From the human T2T-CHM13v2.0 reference genome, Homo sapiens, in assembly GCF_009914755.1 (NCBI RefSeq), contig NC_060926.1: 64,000 bases of DNA. One strand, written 5' to 3'. The notes below the pieces were generated by a model. That model saw only the letters and a program-made list of their open reading frames with translations. It made no database searches and was not told the DNA's origin. Position numbers and translations under genes: made by a program. This document shows, piece by piece, positions 1 through 12,676 of this stretch (positions are counted from its first letter, which is position 1; every line of letters starts with the position of its first letter).

Positions 1-343
1 GAACTAAAAGTGGGTAAATCTCTCTCAAAATTTAAGGCTGTGTTCCATTTTGCATTACGTCATCTGACATTTTTGACTATTGAGGGCATATCAGAAATTA
101 CTTTGAATTATGAAAGGGCTTTGGTGTGTAATAACTAGATAGAAAATGTACTTTTAGGGATGTCTAATGGCAGTTGTGGGAGGATACTCTGCTCTTTGCC
201 TGTTTGGATCAGAGAAGCCATGCCCTTGGCCTCCCAGAAAGTATGGAAATATGTCCACCCCCCTCTGAGAGATAAGATTCCTACGGGAGATGGGCTGATT
301 TTCTTTGGGGGGAATCCAGGATCTGGTATAAAAATGCGATCCT

Positions 344-719
<376 letters not shown>

Positions 720-969
720 TCATAGAAACTGCATGCTTTAAAGAGAAACTTGAAACTGGCAAATGAAAAATCATACAAGTACTAGATCCTCTTCTGACTA
801 TGATTTATAGGTGTTGTGTGTGTGATATGAAAGAGCTTTGATTAATTGGCTTAAAAATAGTGGGAACTTAAAGCAAATAATTTGTGGGAAAAATACAAAC
901 TGTAATGCCTTTTAGTTCACATGACTAGTAAGCTGTGGGACATAAAGACATTTTTAAAGATGATTGGTT

Positions 970-1077
970 GTGCTCACTTTGGTAGCACATATATTAAAAT
1001 TAGAATGATACAGAGAAAATTAGCATGGCCCCTGTGAAAAGATGACATGCAAATTCATGAAGCATTCTATATTTTTT
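970..1077 (+). pseudogene. U6 snRNA retropseudogene, full length (RNU6-xP type), 5' part of a chimeric retrocopy
   Basis: gtgctcactttggtagcacatatattaaaattagaatgatacagagaaaattagcatggcccctg...gaagcattctatatttttt aligns end to end with U6; about 14 substitutions by eye including all 7 CpGs; upstream DNA is ERV internal sequence, not a U6 promoter. Confidence 0.96.
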
Positions 1078-1079
1078 AG

Positions 1080-1320
1080 AAACATGCCTGTTCTCACTGG
1101 TAATTAGAGCGAAACAAACTTAAAATGAGGTTTTTCTCCTCATTAAACTGGCAAAAATCTAATAAATTGCTAATATTCATTGTTGGTTACGATGTGGAGA
1201 AATAAGCACTTTCAAATACTGCTGGTATAAAAGGCAATTTGACAATAACTACCAACTTTTAAAATATGAATACTATGAATACCTACAATTCCACTTCTAG
1301 GAACCTGTCTCAAAATCATC
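1080..1320 (+). mobile_element. Ancient L1 (L1M/L1ME-type) ORF2 3' fragment, carried inside the U6 chimera
   Basis: Degenerate match to the end of L1 ORF2 (ggcaaaaatct...tgttggttacgatgtggagaaataagcactttcaaatactgctgg...caattccacttctaggaa). Confidence 0.65.
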
Positions 1321-1676
1321 ACATAATATATCCAGGAGAAATTTCTAACATTTCTGATAGTAGATATAGATTACCATATTTCTCAGCATAAATGTAGACT
1401 TCTTCTATTTTGCTTAAATAGAACATAATTTAATAATACTCCCTTAGAATTCTGAGAGAAAGCTGTTAGATTCAGACTAAAAAGTAATAGTGTTTTTAAC
1501 TTATTACAGATAGGTACAGAGCAGAGGTACTATATAAAGTACTTTACAGGAAAAAGTTTATTTAATCTTCGCAATAAAATGGTGAGCAATTGGAGGCAAG
1601 GAAGAGTTAGAAGGAGTGCCAAGGTAAATTGGTAAGTGGCTAAGTTGATGTTCATTCTTAATATTGGGGTTCACTG

Positions 1677-2013
1677 TGAGGTAGGAGTTCAGCAGGACTT
1701 GTTTCTCAAGACATAGGTAACAGAGACCCCACTGATAAAACAGGATGTGGCAAAGAAGCCTGCTGAAGCCAGCCACAATCAAGAAGACAACACTCATTAT
1801 AATTCACCAGCACCATGACAATTTACAGATGCCATGGAAACTCCTGGAAGTTACCCCATATTGTCTAAAAAGAGAAGAAATTCTCAGTTCCAGGAATTCC
1901 CAGCCCCTCTCCTGGAAAACTCCTGAATAATCTACCCCTTATTTGGCATTTAATCAAGAAATAATCACTAAAATATCCAAGCCACAGTCCTTGGGGCTGA
2001 ACTCGCTTTCATT
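1677..2013 (+). mobile_element. MER41E-like LTR (U3-R only), followed by poly(A)
   Basis: Starts tgaggtaggagttcagcaggacttg; shares caccagcaccatgaca...tgaataatc.acccctt with the LTR at 5709-6346; stops at aactcgctttcatt and is followed by about 25 A. Confidence 0.8.
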
Positions 2014-2042
2014 AAAAAAAAAAAAAAAAAAAAAAAAATTTA

Positions 2043-2389
<347 letters not shown>

Positions 2390-2801
2390 CTAAATTTTAC
2401 AGATCAGATATTAGGTTTGCTAAATGATTTAAGGTTATAAGCTGCTTTTTTGACTTTTGAAAATCGTTCGACTTACCTGCTGTGGAGCCATTAGAGTCTA
2501 GTTAAGTCCTGGGCACATGTGGAGTTAGCCATGCCTCCTAGCTTGCTGGAATGAGTCAGACTTTATCCCAACTTCTGTCTGGTGTCCTAGGCTCCACACC
2601 TGGTACAAAATTAGAATCACTTACTTACCAGCTTTTTCACCAAAGTAAAAGTTGCTAAGAGTTAACAGTGTAACACGTACTTGAGACTACTGGAAAAGTT
2701 TTACATGCAAGGTATGTAAGGAAAATAAAATGTGGTTTTGGGAAAAGATTATAAGAATTCATGTGAATGTAGTTTTTTTTGTTTTGTTTTTGTTTAGAGA
2801 G

Positions 2802-3179
2802 TGCATTAGTGTGTTTTCACACTACTATAAAGAACTGCTGAGGACTGGGTAATTTATAAAGGAAAGAGGTTTAATTGACTTAACGCTTCTGCAGGGCTGA
2901 GGAGGCCTCAGAAAACTTACAATCATGGCAGAAAAGGAAGCAAACACATTCTTCTTCACATGGTGGCAGGAGAGAAAAGTGCATAGTGAAAAGGGGAAAA
3001 GCCCCTTATAAAACTGTCGGATCTCATGAGAACTCACTCACTATCATGAGAACAACATGGGGAAACCACCCCCATGATCTAATCACCTCCCACCAGGTCC
3101 CTCCCCTAACATGTGCGGATTACAATTCAGATTACAATTCATGATGAGATTTTGGGTGGGGTATAGCCAAACCATGTCA
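2802..3179 (-). mobile_element. THE1 (THE1D-like) MaLR solo LTR
   Basis: tgcattagt...actgggtaatttataaaggaaagaggtttaattgac...gccaaaccatgtca matches the reverse complement of THE1/MST LTRs. Confidence 0.88.
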
Positions 3180-5708
3180 AAAGGTTAAAGGATAGATACT
3201 TCTAAGCTGAATAGGATATAGCTGGACATTTGAGTAAGTTGTGGAAGTTTTGTGAAAATTAATCTTGTAAAAGAAATTATGTGTGGAAAATATTGGCTAA
3301 AGTTAAAGGGATATCATTCACTTTTTCCATAAACTGAACATTGGAATAAAAGAACAACTGAGTTTTCTTATAGCACTAATCTGCTCTTTAACAAAAATTT
3401 GTAAAGGGTTATAAAAGGTTCATAAGAAACTTACCTTATGGTCAGATATTAAAATTGAATATATTTGTCTCTAAGGTTTTATTAAGAATTGGGGTTGACA
3501 TTAATGGTACACTAATGCAAGAGTGAAATGTGGCTTTAACTCGAACAGGATTTTCATGTCTAATTAAAAAATAGTTTAAAAAATTGTTTGGCTTTAGGAT
3601 AAACTAAAGGAAAAATAAGGGAAAGACAAGAGACAAATTGTTTGGAAAGCTAAGTCTTCCCTCTATCAATGAGTAAAGGTTTTTACCTTCTAAAATTTTT
3701 GAGTTATCATTTTGGCTAAAGTAATGACTTATGTGACCTGGAATTCTATTTTATAATATCAAGTGTTTTAAACCTTTGATATTTTACAAACTTTCCAAGA
3801 TTAAATTTTAAATTCTGTCTTATCCTGACCTAATTAATCTTTAGATAGTAGGTCCCCTACTATCTACAGCTGTTTGGTATAAAAATCATACCGGAAACAT
3901 TGTCAAATATGAGCTGGTGTTTGGATTTCTTTGGGCTGTATTTGTATAAATATGTTATTGGTATGTGTTCCAAAATTATACGAAACTCCTTTAATTCTGA
4001 TATGAATTTAGTGTATGTTATTAATAGTTTTAATTGTTATGTATAATTGTTGTATGCCACAGAAGTAACCAAAATTCCTAGTCAATTGTGGCTTCAATAG
4101 TGGCTATCCTAAGGCTTTTTGTCATCCACAGACAATTGTTGTCTTGTTTTGATCCTCTTCAAAAGATGGTTTGTTATCAGCTATAGGACTCTGACAGGTG
4201 CTTTTGAATGCAAGTTTCTGATAACTTTGGAGATTGTTACATTAGAGTATAGGGAAAAACTTTTAGGACTCTCATAGAGAGCTGAAATATTCATGAATAT
4301 CAAGTGGAACAGGATTTAACTGCATATACTGAATGAACAGAAAACCGAAGTAATCTTTTCTGACTCTTTGTTTAAAAGGTTGCTGATTCTTTGTTTTGTC
4401 TTTTTGGAGCTGGGAAAAAATTTTTTTTTTTTTTTTTTTTGAGCTATCGACAGCTTTAACAATTGAGTTAAGTTATGCTCCTGTGGACAAAATTTGGAGC
4501 ATATTTGTTTCTCTCTGCTTTATTTCTCCAAAATTTGGAAAGTACTTGTGAGTATTCTTAACTTATGGCCATATAGTTATTTGCATAAGTGCCATAAGAA
4601 TCCGTTTTCTTTTGTAACAGGATACAATTGGAGAAACTGGTTATTTTACCAAGGCTTTGACTGGAATGGCATGCTTTCCTTTAAGGAATTAAATTTGACT
4701 TATAGAATCAACAAAAGCCCATTGGGAAAACTGGCCTCATACCTTGTCTCCACAGTCCCTGTACAGGATTCCTGACTTGTGGTAATAAAGGATGTCACTT
4801 TCTGACAGGCTGAGGAGCACAAAGTTATCTTGGGACCTAAACAAGAGAGGAATTTACCCAGCTTATATAGGTATTTGATGGTGCAAATTGATGACTGGGC
4901 TCAGTTTTAAAAAGGTCGTGTCTGAGATTCCTTATGGAACAAAATTCCATTAAAGGCAGTTAAAAAGAACCTACATGGCAAATAATTATTCTTGCTGCAC
5001 TTTATAGAAATAATCAGGCCAAGTATAATGAGACCAAAGTTTATTTTACAAACAACTCATTTCTACCTTGATTTGTCTTTAGTAAAAATGGGAGATTGGA
5101 AAAAGCAAAAATATGTTTCAAGAACTATGGTACCCTTGTTATTAGATTCTAGTCTCATCAGTTGTTTTTTACATTTTTTCCTGAAATTTAGATGGACTCT
5201 GCTTATTCCTGTGAACCAACCACTGATTTCTGGCTGCTGCTCAGAAGAAACAAGAGGTATGGGCAATTTAAATATCTGGATCAATATTCTAATTCTGGGC
5301 ACACATTGGAATCAGTTAGTGACCTTATATCTGCTTGCTTCCAACAATTGCCCAGTTCGTGCAAAGCCTTATTTTATTTACTTGGGATTATTTTGCTTTA
5401 CTGTTGTGGACTATATTGCTGTTGTACTCTGTGTAGGAATGCAGTATAAGCTTACTATATGTTTTCTTAAGTTGAACATTTATTAATCTTTTAGATATCA
5501 CCTTTTGTTGGAACTCAGAGTTATGAATGGCCCTGGCCATACCTACACTTTCTGACTGAGATCTTCTCTACCCTAAATGTCAGAAATCCTAATAGTTAGG
5601 CTGGAATATCATCATCATTATTCAGACTGAAGAAGTTACAGAAGATGGATCTTCATCCCTCTACAACCCTAAGGATTAAGGGTTCCATTGTAAAAGGGCA
5701 GGGAAATA

Positions 5709-6346
5709 TATTCAGAGGTGTTTTAACCAGAGCAACTCCATCTTGAACAGTGACTGGGTAAAATAAGTCTGAGACCTAATGGGCTGCATTACCAGTAAGT
5801 TAGGCATTCGAAGTCACAGGAAAAGATAGAGGTTGGAAAAAAGTACAAGTCATAAAGATTTCGCTGGTAAAACAGATTGTGGTTTTAAGCCAGGCAAAAG
5901 AAGCCAGCGAAAATCCACCCAAATTAAGATGGTGATGAAAGTGACCTCTGGTCGTCTATTGCTCATTATATGCCAATTATAATGCATTTGCATGCTAAAA
6001 GACACTCCCACCAGCACCATGACAGTTTACAAATGCCATGACAATGTCAGAAAGTTACGCTATATGGTCTAAAAAGGGAGGAACCCTCAGTTCTGGGAAT
6101 TGCCCACCCCTTTCCTGGAAAACTCATGAATAATCCACCCCTTATTTAGCATATAATCAATAAATAACGGTAAGTATTCTTAGTCGAGCACCCTATGCCG
6201 CTTCCTTGCCTATGGAGTAGCCATTCTTTTGTTTCTTTACTTTCTCAATAAACTTACTTTCACTTTATGGACTCGCCGTATTTCTTTTTTGTGCGAGATC
6301 CAAGAACCCTCTCTTTGAATCTGGATCAGATCCCTTTCCAGTAACA
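5709..6346 (+). mobile_element. MER41B-type 3' LTR
   Basis: tcagaggtgttttaaccagagcaactccatcttgaa start; includes the GAS-bearing block gaaccctcagttctgggaattgcccacccctttcctggaaaac that distinguishes MER41B from MER41A; AATAAA at 6247; ends ccagtaaca. Confidence 0.88.
6091..6120. promoter_or_regulatory. Tandem GAS (STAT) motifs in MER41B LTR
   Basis: TTCTGGGAA at 6091-6099 and TTCCTGGAA at 6112-6120, both TTCN3GAA; activity not shown. Confidence 0.6.
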
Positions 6347-6701
6347 CTAGTGCCTGACAAATTAGCTATTGAAAAGTTGTTAATTTGGGATTTTTTTAAA
6401 GATAAATAATTAAAGCCATTTTTAAATGACTGGATATTGAATTGATTTTAAGTAATTAAAATTTTTAAAAAGGAATTAGCTGGAATGCTATAAAATAAGT
6501 CAGAGATGGTTATGTTTTAAAAAAAAATTTTAACAAATTAAAGTAAAGCAGACAGAGAAAAAAAGTGAGTAAGAAAGTTGTTTAAACGTCAGTGTACTTT
6601 AGTTTGTTGGGAATGAATGGTGCCTTTGCTGCTTTCTTCTTAGTAGCTTTCCTGCTATTCATTGAGGCCTGTGCTGAAGCTAAGACCCAGATACTTGAGA
6701 T

Positions 6702-6829
6702 TGAAACCACTTTTGCAAAAAAACTGATGACAGTGAGAGAAATCTGACCTGACTCCATCTTGCTTCTTATCTCCAAGCCGTCCTTGTCCATTCCTGAGCA
6801 TAGGCCAAGGTAACTATGGGAAGAATTTA
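6702..6829 (+). mobile_element. LTR8/MER4-type LTR 5' fragment
   Basis: tgaaaccacttttgcaaaa...gactccatcttgcttc...cattcctgagcataggccaagg. Confidence 0.7.
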
Positions 6830-7193
6830 AACATGGAGTTTGGAGTTGCTGAACTGAAGAAGCCTCAAGGTCTCTCTGACCTCATCCCTAACCCCCATCA
6901 TCTCTCCAAAAGCACAGATGTTTATCTGCCTAAGATTTAGACCCACCAAGGAGAAAAATTGTTTTTTCTTCCTCTTCCTGTAAGACCAAAAATATAAACC
7001 ACACCTGAATGGACCCTTTCACTAAATAGTATACAAGTTAATATCTATTCCCTGATCCACTTACTCTCCCTACTACTCCCCTCCACAAAATTCCACTTCT
7101 CATTGCTCCCGAAACCTGTTTTTCCAGGATGCTGTGTAAGCTTCTGAGCCACACTGAGGGGTGGTAATCATTCAGTGGATCTCCCCACATTTA

Positions 7194-7935
7194 TGCAACC
7201 TCCCACTGGGTTCTTCTTGCCTGCTGCCCAGATGGAGATAATTTATCAAGGCAGGGGAATTGCAATAGAAAAAGTTTCATACATATAGACCTGGCTAAAT
7301 GGGATACAGGAATTTTATTATTACTCAAATCCTCCTCCTCAAGAATTTGAAGGCAACGGTTTTTCAAAGATAGCTTGTGGCGGTGCGGGGGGTTGGTTAG
7401 GCAGTGGGTGCTTGTTGCTGACTGGTTGGGTTGCAATCATAGGGATGTGGGAAATGATCCTCATGCTTGCTGAGTCACCTCTGGATGGTGCCACAGGTGC
7501 AGTTGGTGGATCCAGGTGGAACCATTGTTCGTCAGATATGCAAAAAATCTGAAAAGACATCTCAAAAGGCCAATCTTAGGTTCTACAATGGTAATGTTTT
7601 CTGTAGAAGCAATTGGGGAAGTTGCATATTTTGCGACCTCCAGAGTAATGGCTGGTAACTGTTTATGTCTACACCATAGCCAAATTCAGTCTTCTCTTAT
7701 CCTCCTATCCTTAGCCTAGTTGTCTCTCATTACCTTTACAAAGGCAGATGAGTTTTGAGGAAGGGCTGTTACCATTTAAACTATAAACTAAATGTCTCCC
7801 AAAGTTAACTGGGCCCAAGCCCTGGAATAACTAAGGACAGTTTGAAAAATAAAGGCAAGATAGGGGTTGGTTATATCTGATCTCTTTCACTGCGATAATT
7901 TTCTTGCTGTTACAGTTTTTGCAAAAGTGGTTCCA
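7194..7935 (-). mobile_element. LTR8/MER4-type solo LTR nested in the MER31-like LTR
   Basis: Ends ttttgcaaaagtggttcca (reverse complement of the LTR start); near 4-bp TSD ttta/tata; host LTR resumes after it. Confidence 0.75.
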
Positions 7936-8079
7936 TATACATATTAAATAAATTTGTATGCCTTTCCTCCAGTTAATCTGCCTTTTGAGAGTTGGTTTTT
8001 CAGTGCACCTTCAGGGGCAAGGGCCTTGGCCCCTACAATATCACACAATCTAATGGAAATAGATAATTCCTAAAAATGT

Positions 8080-8692
8080 TATAAGGGCTAAGGGAAAACT
8101 TCCCTTTCACCCTTTGAAAGTGTGCTGAAAATCAACTGAAAAAAAGGCAAATTGATAGAAAAGGCATACACTTTATTTTTTAACATGCACAGAAAGAAAA
8201 ATGACATGATTACCTCAGCCCCCCAGTGGGGTACAGGAGTTTATATACCCTTTGTCCTAGAGTAGGGAGGATATAGGAATGTCAACAATTCTTTTGAAGG
8301 ACAGTAAATGATGATTAAGGAGAATGGACAAGGGAGGCAGAAATTAACTTTTAAATGATTCTCTTTGGAATTTGAATGACCCAGAGGCAGGCATTATCTT
8401 GTGAAAAGGTTCATCTAAGTATGGTTGCATTCTTCAGTCTTCTTTTCTGCTGTAGATAATGAGAGTTCAGGGATGGCAGAGAAGGAAGTTGTGTTTCTTT
8501 TGGTAAGAAGCTTTCTTGGCCAGAAAAGGAAATTTCATAGAGATAGAGAGTTTCCCCTGTGCTCGAGGGGAGGAACAAGACAAGGTTAAAAGGACCTTGA
8601 TTCTGAGGCTTATTTCTGAGGACTTTCAATTTTCAAAAGCATTCAACCTGTCTAAGCACCACATTTTGGAGAATTGTTTTCTGCACTACAAC
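8080..8692 (-). mobile_element. MER31/MER67/LOR1-like ERV1 solo LTR
   Basis: agggaaaacttccctttcaccctttgaaag..gctgaaaatcaactga..aaggcataca is the reverse complement of the 3' end of this LTR group. Confidence 0.6.
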
Positions 8693-8828
8693 CATGTCTA
8701 AGACTTATATATGAATGAGAGTTTAATACTGGTAGTTCCTGGCCAAAGTTTTGCACTTGTAGGGATTGAAATCTAAGGAAATTTCAGGCAGATAAGTGTG
8801 TGAAGCTTTAGGCTACAGAAAGTTATGC

Positions 8829-9631
8829 TGTACTCACCTGATGGGTTCATCTTGCCTGCTTTTCAGAAAAGCCAGTGCACTGAGAACAGTGGTTTTCACA
8901 ACAAAGAAAGATTTGAATAATCACAGGCACAGCTGAACAGAATGATGGGAGGAATTACTCAAATCAGCCTCCCCAAGAACTCAGAGGCTAGGGTTTTATG
9001 GATAGTTTGGTGGTCAGGGGTCTAGTGAATGGGTGCTATGATTGGTTGGGGATGAAATCATAGGGGTATGGAAAATGGTCATGTGTGCTGAGCAGCCACT
9101 AGGTGGAAAAAATAGGAATGGTTGAGGCTGAGCCATGACTCACAGGTCCAGGTGGGGTCAGTCACTTGGATGCAAATGTCTGAAAAACATCTCAAAAGAC
9201 CAATCTTTGGTTCTGCAACAGGGATGTTACCTATAGGAGCAATTGGGAAAGTCACAAATTGACTTCTGGACACATGACTCTGGAGCAGTAAGGGATTATG
9301 GAAAAGCAAGCTATGGAACAATTGCTGATTATAATTTAACCATGCCTACATTTTAGCAGAATCAATGTCCCTCCATAATCCTAATCTCCTGGTCTTTCAT
9401 TAGTTTTACAAAGGTGGTTAAGATATCTGACCAAGGTGAGGGTCAGTTTTAGGGTGGGACCATTATCATACTTGCTTCGAAGTTAAACTATAATATAAAC
9501 TAAATTTCTCTCATTGTTAGTCGGGGTACAGCCAGGAATGAATGAGGACAGCCAACCTGTGAGGGTGGAAGCAGGATGGAATCAGCCATGCTAGACTTCT
9601 TTCTGTTGTAGTGTTTGCAAAGGCGGTTTCA
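8829..9631 (-). mobile_element. MER4/LTR8-type solo LTR
   Basis: TG...tttgcaaaggcggtttCA termini; near 4-bp TSD atgc/atgt; visibly homologous to 7194-7935. Confidence 0.78.
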
Positions 9632-9811
9632 ATGTGATTTGAGTTGGCTTTTAGAATAGATGGGTAACTGGGAGTATCTTCAGTAAGGATTTAATGTGCT
9701 CCTGCCTTTTTGAGGACTCTTGTTCTCCCAGATTATTTAAAAGCAAAGCAAACCAGCAAAGGTAACAAACATACACAAAGCAAAGAAAAACACCTTAAAA
9801 CCATAGCAATA

Positions 9812-10104
9812 TTTGGGAGGCCGAGGCGGGTGGATCACCTGAGGTCAGGAGTTCGAGATCAGCCTGGCCAACATGGTGAAACCCTGTCTCTACTTAACAT
9901 ACAATAGAATTATCTCAGCGTAGTGGTGTATGTCTGTAATCCCAGCTACTCAGGATCCTGAGGCAAGAGAATCACTTGAACCTGGGAGGTGGAGGTTCCA
10001 GTGAGCCAAGATTTTGCAATTGTACTCCAGCCTGGACAACAGAGTGAGACTGTGTCTCAAAAAATAAAATAAAATAAAATAAAAATTAAGAAAAAAGAAA
10101 GAAA
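9812..10104 (+). mobile_element. AluSx-like, 5' truncated
   Basis: ggatcacctgaggtcaggagttcgaga; A-rich tail; near-TSD aaaaccata/aaagccata. Confidence 0.92.
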
Positions 10105-11414
10105 AAGCCATATCAACAAATAAATCTTACATTAAGCTCCTGTTATAACCTAGGGCATTTTCCAGAAAGACATTTAGTAGTTGAAAATGGCATAGATAAT
10201 CTCTCCCTGTTTAAAATATGTACTGTAAAACTAAGGCTTTTTCATCTGAACTCATTTCCCTCAGGAACTCATCTTCTTCATACCTGGGAGAGGTTTTCGG
10301 CAGGACTAGAATGTCAATATCATTCTTTATTATACCTTTATTTTCTGTTCCACTGCTTTTTTTTTCTCTCCTCCAAATAGTTTATCTCCCTCTCATGATG
10401 TAGCTTTTAATGCTGCATTCAGTTTCCCAGTGTACTACCCCATTCTCCCTCATACTCTCTTGGCTAAGAATTAACTCAGTCGGGATCTGGTAGGACAGCT
10501 GCTTATTCTATTCCCAACATTCAGACACAGTCATCCTCTCTGCTCTAGGAGTTAAGCAGTACTTGTCTGGTTTCCATCATCCATAGCACCTTGACATGCC
10601 CTTTCAAATGCCTCTTTTTTTTCTCTCTCCTCCACCTGCAACTCATTAAGATAATTGACTTTTTTAATTTTTATTTTAGCTGTAACATAAATTTTACTCC
10701 TTAAAGAATGTGACTGCCTGACTGGTTTTAAATGATGTTAAGGTGAATGTAATGACAAGCACTCACAGTAGGAGAGGACATGGGGTGAATTGTGGGGGGT
10801 AGCAATTTCCATTTCAGTGAACAACATAGAATGGGCTTACCCTGAGGGAGTGACTTAGAATAGATACTCCCAAGCACCTCCTGAGAGATAGAGGTATGGG
10901 ATACAGAAGAGAGAAGCAAAGAGAAGGTCATGGAATATCTGTTGTAGGGATGGAGAAAACTGCAATAACAAAAAGACCAACAATTGTATAAACGAGTGAA
11001 GGAAATACTAAGATTCTGGGGTCTTCACAACTAACTTTTGTGTCCTGGGTTTACTGCTTACTTGCTGTGTAATATTGAGCAAGGTCAGGGACTGTAGCTC
11101 AGGTTTTGGTGGGGACAGATGGTGGATGGGATGGAGGGTATAGGAGGTGAGTTTGTAGATCATGTGGAGGAACTCTGTAAGTTAAAATAGAATTTCGATT
11201 TTGTTAACCACAAAATAATCACTTTGTTAGAGGTACAGAGTATGTATATGATGAGTCAGAAAGGAATTAGAAAACAAATTAGTAGGTTAGTTAATTATAA
11301 TCAGCAATTGGTTAAATTATAAGCAGCAATTTTTCCGTAGCTCGCTTTTCCGTAATCTGCTCCAGAGTAACAACCTAGGGGCCATAAGTAAGACAATAGC
11401 AGTGGTAGTAGCAG

Positions 11415-11670
11415 ATATAGATAGATAGATAGATCGATAGATAGATAATAGATAGATAGAATTACATGTATATATAACTATATATGTAACTACATATATG
11501 TATGTATAACTATATATGTAACTGCATATATAGTTATATATGTTATATATAGTTACATATGTATTATACATAGGTCTATAATTATATATAGTTATATATT
11601 ATATATACACTTAAATATATTTTATATGTAATTACATACAATTATATATATAATACATGTATATAAATAT
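11415..11670. repeat. (GATA)n microsatellite followed by TA-rich low-complexity tract
   Basis: Directly visible. Confidence 0.9.
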
Positions 11671-12050
11671 TGTTAAATGAAGTTTAGCTTAAAGCTGCCT
11701 CTTTACATATTTTAAAGATTCTTTATACATAGTGAACTGTACTCTAGCTGGATGTGTAGAACAGACTGCAACCTACTCTTGTGCCAATCACCAAGTTTTG
11801 GTCAGGCAGCCAACTGTTCAAACTAGGTTCACATGAGGCAAACTCTGAGCTGTAATGAATCTGGCTGTTTCTACACCTCATTTCTATTTTCCATACTCAC
11901 TCTCTTTTTTTAACCATCCATACATCTTCCTCCACCACATGGCTATGCTGCAGCCTCTCTGAGCCTAATCTGGTTTGGGAGGATGTCCAATTTGCAAATC
12001 ATTCTTTAGTCAATTCAACTCCTAAGTTCAATGTTTCAAATCTATGTATA
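11671..12050 (+). mobile_element. MER57-type ERV1 LTR
   Basis: tgttaaatgaagtttagcttaaagctgcctctttacatatttt start; tgccaatcacc CCAAT region. Confidence 0.8.
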
Positions 12051-12061
12051 TTTGTCTAATG

Positions 12062-12063
<2 letters not shown>

Positions 12064-12108
<45 letters not shown>

Positions 12109-12172
12109 TATATATATACACACACATATATATATACACACACATATATATACACACACATATATGTATATA
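12064..12172. repeat. Compound (TA)n/(CA)n microsatellite
   Basis: Directly visible. Confidence 0.95.
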
Positions 12173-12214
12173 TGGTGGTAATAGATATAGAAACTAATAA
12201 GAAATATCAATTAT

Positions 12215-12500
12215 ATGGATGTTGAGGTCAAGGGTGACTCTTTGTTTTCTGCTTTCGCAATTGGCATAACATCAGAACATCATAACATCAGGAAAAGATT
12301 TTATGGAGGAAAATGAGGAATACTCTTAAGGTTATTTGACAGAGAAGGCTTGTGTATTACACATGTGGAAGTGATATGCAGATGGTCATATTTGGATCTG
12401 GAATTCAACTGCATACTTTGATTGGAGGTCATCCCTTGTGCAAAACTATAGCACTGCCTTTAGATATGGACTATGAAAGCTTCAGGTGAGATTCAAGAGA
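12215..12500 (-). mobile_element. L2 fragment
   Basis: Degenerate gtcaagggtgactc...tggatctggaattca...ttggaggtcatc pattern typical of antisense L2. Confidence 0.45.
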
Positions 12501-12676
12501 GGTAAAGAGAACAATGTTGATGATCATGATGGCTATATTTCAATGGTGCACTTTACCATGTAATTTTTAATATAAATTTATTTTATCCTACACAATGGAT
12601 AAGCTATACATGATAAATATCACATCCATTTTTTAAGTGAAACAATAAGTTCTGAAGGTTATATATTTTCACATTA

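Larger units (their letters stand above)
6670..8037 (+). mobile_element. MER31-like ERV1 LTR, split by two nested LTR pieces
   Basis: gctgaactgaagaagcctcaaggtctctctgacct at the 5' side; aataaatttgtatgcc...ggcccctaca at the 3' end. Confidence 0.6.

Noticed and set aside
970-1077. Functional U6 snRNA gene
   Set aside because: All CpGs have decayed, there are further substitutions, it is embedded in an ERV with no recognisable PSE/TATA, and it is part of a TSD-flanked retrocopy
4992-5486. 164-aa ORF as a possible env remnant or gene
   Set aside because: Lies in non-coding MER4-group internal sequence, has no ATG start (ttg) and no recognisable env motifs
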